Assembly (NCBI GenBank): GCA_004431415.1
Contig: QPMI01000133.1
Coordinates: 1 to 64,000, forward strand
DNA: 64,000 nt
Reading direction: 5' to 3'
From: Cyanophora paradoxa CCMP329
Taxonomy: Eukaryota; Plantae; Glaucophyta
Positions 60,764-64,000 of the stretch are shown here, one piece after another. The notes beneath the pieces were generated by a model. It worked only from the letters and a program-made list of their open reading frames with translations, had not been told where the DNA came from and did no database searches. The first letter of the stretch is position 1. Every line of letters starts with the position of its first letter. Both the position numbers and the translations under genes were made by a program.

Positions 60764-60792
60764 TATTTCTCTATTATGGCATTCTACAAAAA

Positions 60793-63700
60793 TTAAGGTC
60801 GCATTGGGAGAAGCTCGTATGTTCTGCCCTCTCGTTGTGCAATTTCCGCCATAAAGTCTGCATTTTCATTCATTATTGATTCAGCCATTCGTTCTGCTCG
60901 TGATTTTTTGGGTGCTGCCCTACTTGCTGGTGGTTGATCAGTTCTCACAACACTAAGACCATGCCCCTCGGCTGACCTCACCTCTAACCCACATCTCCTT
61001 CGGCTGTTTGGGTCACATTAAGCTCTGGTGTTGAGTATTTATTACCTGCCCTGCAATGGTTCTGTCTATGCAAGCACAACATAGAGCTCGGAATTTGTAT
61101 GCAAGCACAAGTCCAAGAGCACCGAGAATCGGCAAGAGAATGAGAAGCACTAACGTTCCTGGATCCATTCCTGGCGATCCGACTGGATTTGTAGGATTTG
61201 AGGATTATTAGGTGTCGTGTTCGGATCTGGATCAGTTGTAGGGGGATCTTTTGAATCGGGATCTGGCTTAGGTGTGTTTGGATTGGGATCGTTTGGTGGC
61301 GGTTCTGTCGACCCTGCTAATGATGTCGGCGCTGTGTATGCATTCGCAAACACGATGGGAGCCGTTGCTGGATTTCCTGTTGAAGACCCTGTAATTGCAC
61401 CATAGGTATCTGAGAGATATTTATATAATTCCTTTGTCACAGGTGGATTGCTCACAGATCGGCACACCCAAATATTGCATGTAGTATCATAGACTGTGTC
61501 CCTGATAAATGGCGGTAGAGCTGTCCCACTAAATGACTCAAAGAGCCCATTTCTCGATAGCAACCTATGGGCTGCATCACAGTTCCCACCCTCGAAATAT
61601 TTGGTAGCCGAAATTGCACCTTGCACATAAATATTGCAAGTCGAGTGCATTCCGATGCTATTTAGGTTGGGAGTGTATCTATCATCGAGCCGGACAGTGC
61701 ACACCCATGGGGAAGCGGTTTTAATATATTTCTTATCGCCCACTTCGATTACATCTGTATTTGGGTGGCTGTCAAGCTGAGTCCAAACAGCATCATATCT
61801 GAAAGTGTAATAAACTAAGAGACCATCTGTGGACGATGTGAAAGCAAAGAAGGTCATAAAGTCCGTGGATCCAAAGAAGTCAGCATTGGTCGATGTAAGG
61901 GTGACTCTGGGATAGCTCATGTTGACAGTCTCAGAAGGGTATGGAATATATGAGGTGTAATTGCGATTGAAAAGATAATAGTGAAATCCATCTGAGACAT
62001 TCGAGTGAGTGGGCAAGGTGACTGATAAGGTCTTACTTCGATTCTCAAACGTGTTCTGTATGACAATATTGCAAGTATTAATATATCGAGAATCGAAAAA
62101 GTAATTATTCGTTACTCGATTATCGATCAGAGTTGCATTGGTTCCATTAAATACGAAATTCTGCCCATTTATTCTCGTAGTATGGAGGTCGGTCACATCG
62201 AGAGGATACCTTATTTTCAAGCGGTCTTCGGGGTCAAATCGCGGAATAGTTCCTGTTGCCTTCCAATTAATAGTAAAGGGAGGAGAAAGGGACACAGGTG
62301 GGATTGGAGTAAGATTAAACTTCGCAAAATACAATCCAACAGGATATCCTGACAGAGCATAGGTCACTGTTGCATTTCCGACAAGTGTAAAGCCGGTGGT
62401 TGTTATGTTAGTTGCAACAAATGGGGAGTAGCCGGCTGGTGCATTGTTAATAGAGGTGGTCGACCCATTATTGATCACATACAAATTCGTGTCAGTTATT
62501 TCAATAGTAGGAGGGGAAACAAATGGTGTCTCAAATGTGAAATTAAAATTCGCTGGAACCGCTGCAAGGTATCTATATGTTGTTGCTGATATCTCGGATG
62601 CCTGGAATACTTTGCTTCCCCTCTGCACTACATTACTGGTGTCTTTCACATTGTGATAGGATATACTGGGAGTTGGGGAGAGCACCAACGAAATAGCATC
62701 TGGTAAATCAGACTTCGTTATATACAGTTCTTTGAGAAACTCCTTTCTAAAAGGGGCGGTCAGATCTCCAATAGTAGCCGATGACCCTGCGACCACAATA
62801 TTACAGGTGTTTGCATTCAAAGTATAAACTGTGTTCCACCTCAAAGAATTCGCCCCAAGATCGAAATTCTGTGAGAAGGGCACGATATTGCTACCTTGTA
62901 AATCTCGGTAAACCTTCACTCTGGGTTTGCTATCGAATTCAGGGGTGATATAATTGATGTTAAGAGTGAAACTAATAGTAGCTTCGGAACTCAATGAGTT
63001 GTTTCGGATGATAAGTAAATTGTATGTCTCGTTAATGACAAACGAAACCTGAAACCCTGTGGAGGTGACATTTTGGATAAATGCTTTATTAGATTCATTA
63101 TTGTTATAGATAGGATTATAATAAGTAGTGTGATCCACCAATGAAACAGTGGGTATATTCGTCTCGAAACCTGTGACACCCAACTGATCCCAAGTGAATG
63201 TATATGTAGGTTTGCCTACGTAAGCGACATAGACCCCATTTGCGAGCTGCTGAGGGTATCCCTCGACAGTGTAGGTCTCAGTTCGCGAAACTGAGCGGGA
63301 AAGATTGCTGTTAAAGTCGTTGTAGCTGATCAGAGCTCTCTCATCAGTGGGTATTTGATTGGGTCGGAGTGAGTGATTTAATGGAAGGATTAAATTGGAG
63401 GCAAACATGGAAACTCCATGCATCTCTGACCATCTCAGATTCGACAAACCAACTCGGTATGTGTTATCAGTCGCGGGGTAAATGTTCCTTTTCGATAGAA
63501 TATGGGCTAAGGTAATTGCAAGCGCTCCATCTGCTGCAAACAGAGCATTAATTTCGGATTGCAAAGCCGCGATTTCGGTAGTGTGGGTCGTGAGGGTTCC
63601 ATCCTGACTTGAATCTTTTGTGTTCTTGTTCCTCTCGAACTCCAAAAACGCCTTTACGATGTCCTTGCCCAAAAGATCGTTTATATTGTCTCTGGTAATG

Positions 63701-63999
63701 TAAACATGGTCTGTTCTCAGTGCCTGTTTCTCCGTGGTAAAAGCCGGAATTTCCTCTGCAAATGATATAGTCGTTTTATCAAGTGCTAAGGATCTCACAT
63801 TCGGAGCATTCGCACCGATAATATTTACGACGCTCCCATTTTCCGTGATCTCTAAGACAGGTTTCGCGGGGTCTAATGTGAAAACGCTCTCTGTTATCTG
63901 GGGAACCGATGCGCTCTTCTGAATCACAAAGGATTCGATGTTTAGGTTACAGGTTGCGACATTGGTGGCGAAAAACGACTCGGAGTTAAGCGAGTTTAC
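60793..63999 (-). CDS. Large fibre/adhesin-like protein (>950 aa, open at window end) with probable C-terminal TM anchor after frameshift correction
   Basis: Motifs NIYPATDNTYRVGLSNLRW, NIVPFSQNFDLGANSLRW and FTFETPFVSPPTI..TTTGF..INWKATG, then a Pro-rich stalk. The shifted frame gives LVLLILLPILGALGLVLAYKFRALCCAC. Confidence 0.75.
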
Positions 64000-64000
64000 G

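Larger units (their letters stand above)
56700..64000. mobile_element. Endogenous dsDNA virus-like element (PLV/virophage/NCLDV-type), left end only; boundary approximate
   Basis: Abrupt shift to visibly lower GC, densely packed intronless ORFs, and fibre-like, C1q-like and zinc-finger products. No hallmark capsid, ATPase or polymerase gene lies in this window. Confidence 0.75.

Noticed and set aside
56700-64000. Bacterial prophage or contaminant
   Set aside because: No clear Shine-Dalgarno motifs or bacterial housekeeping genes, and it adjoins a host intron. It cannot be fully excluded without read evidence.

Overview
Eukaryotic nuclear DNA from a GC-rich unicellular organism with many very short introns (about 45-100 nt, typically GTGCGC...CTGAC...GCAG). 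The alga/protist identity is inferred only. Left to right: (1) two convergent arrays of a ~360-bp repeat (1-2078, 4886-9244) around a spacer with a 170-bp repeat; each 360-bp unit looks like two exons and two introns. (2) A large Cys-rich repeat protein gene and a Ser/Pro-stalked surface protein gene. (3) An 8.7-kb non-LTR retroelement (28646-37340, 19-bp TSD) nested in a TA-flanked MITE, with an unusual layout: APE-RT-zinc finger ORF first, then a convergent 4-exon gene with an RNase H1-type hybrid-binding domain, then a divergent intron-containing ORF1-like gene, and no poly(A). (4) A micro-exon LEA-like gene, an F-box gene and a TIMP/NTR-like gene. (5) A DUOX-analogous fusion gene (heme peroxidase-DOMON-cytochrome b561-cytochrome b5-FAD/NAD(P)H reductase). 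Its upstream intron runs into (6) an AT-richer, intronless endogenous virus-like region (~56700 to window end) encoding fibre/C1q/lectin-like and zinc-finger proteins. Exon models were built by eye, and single-base homopolymer deletions suggest some sequencing error.
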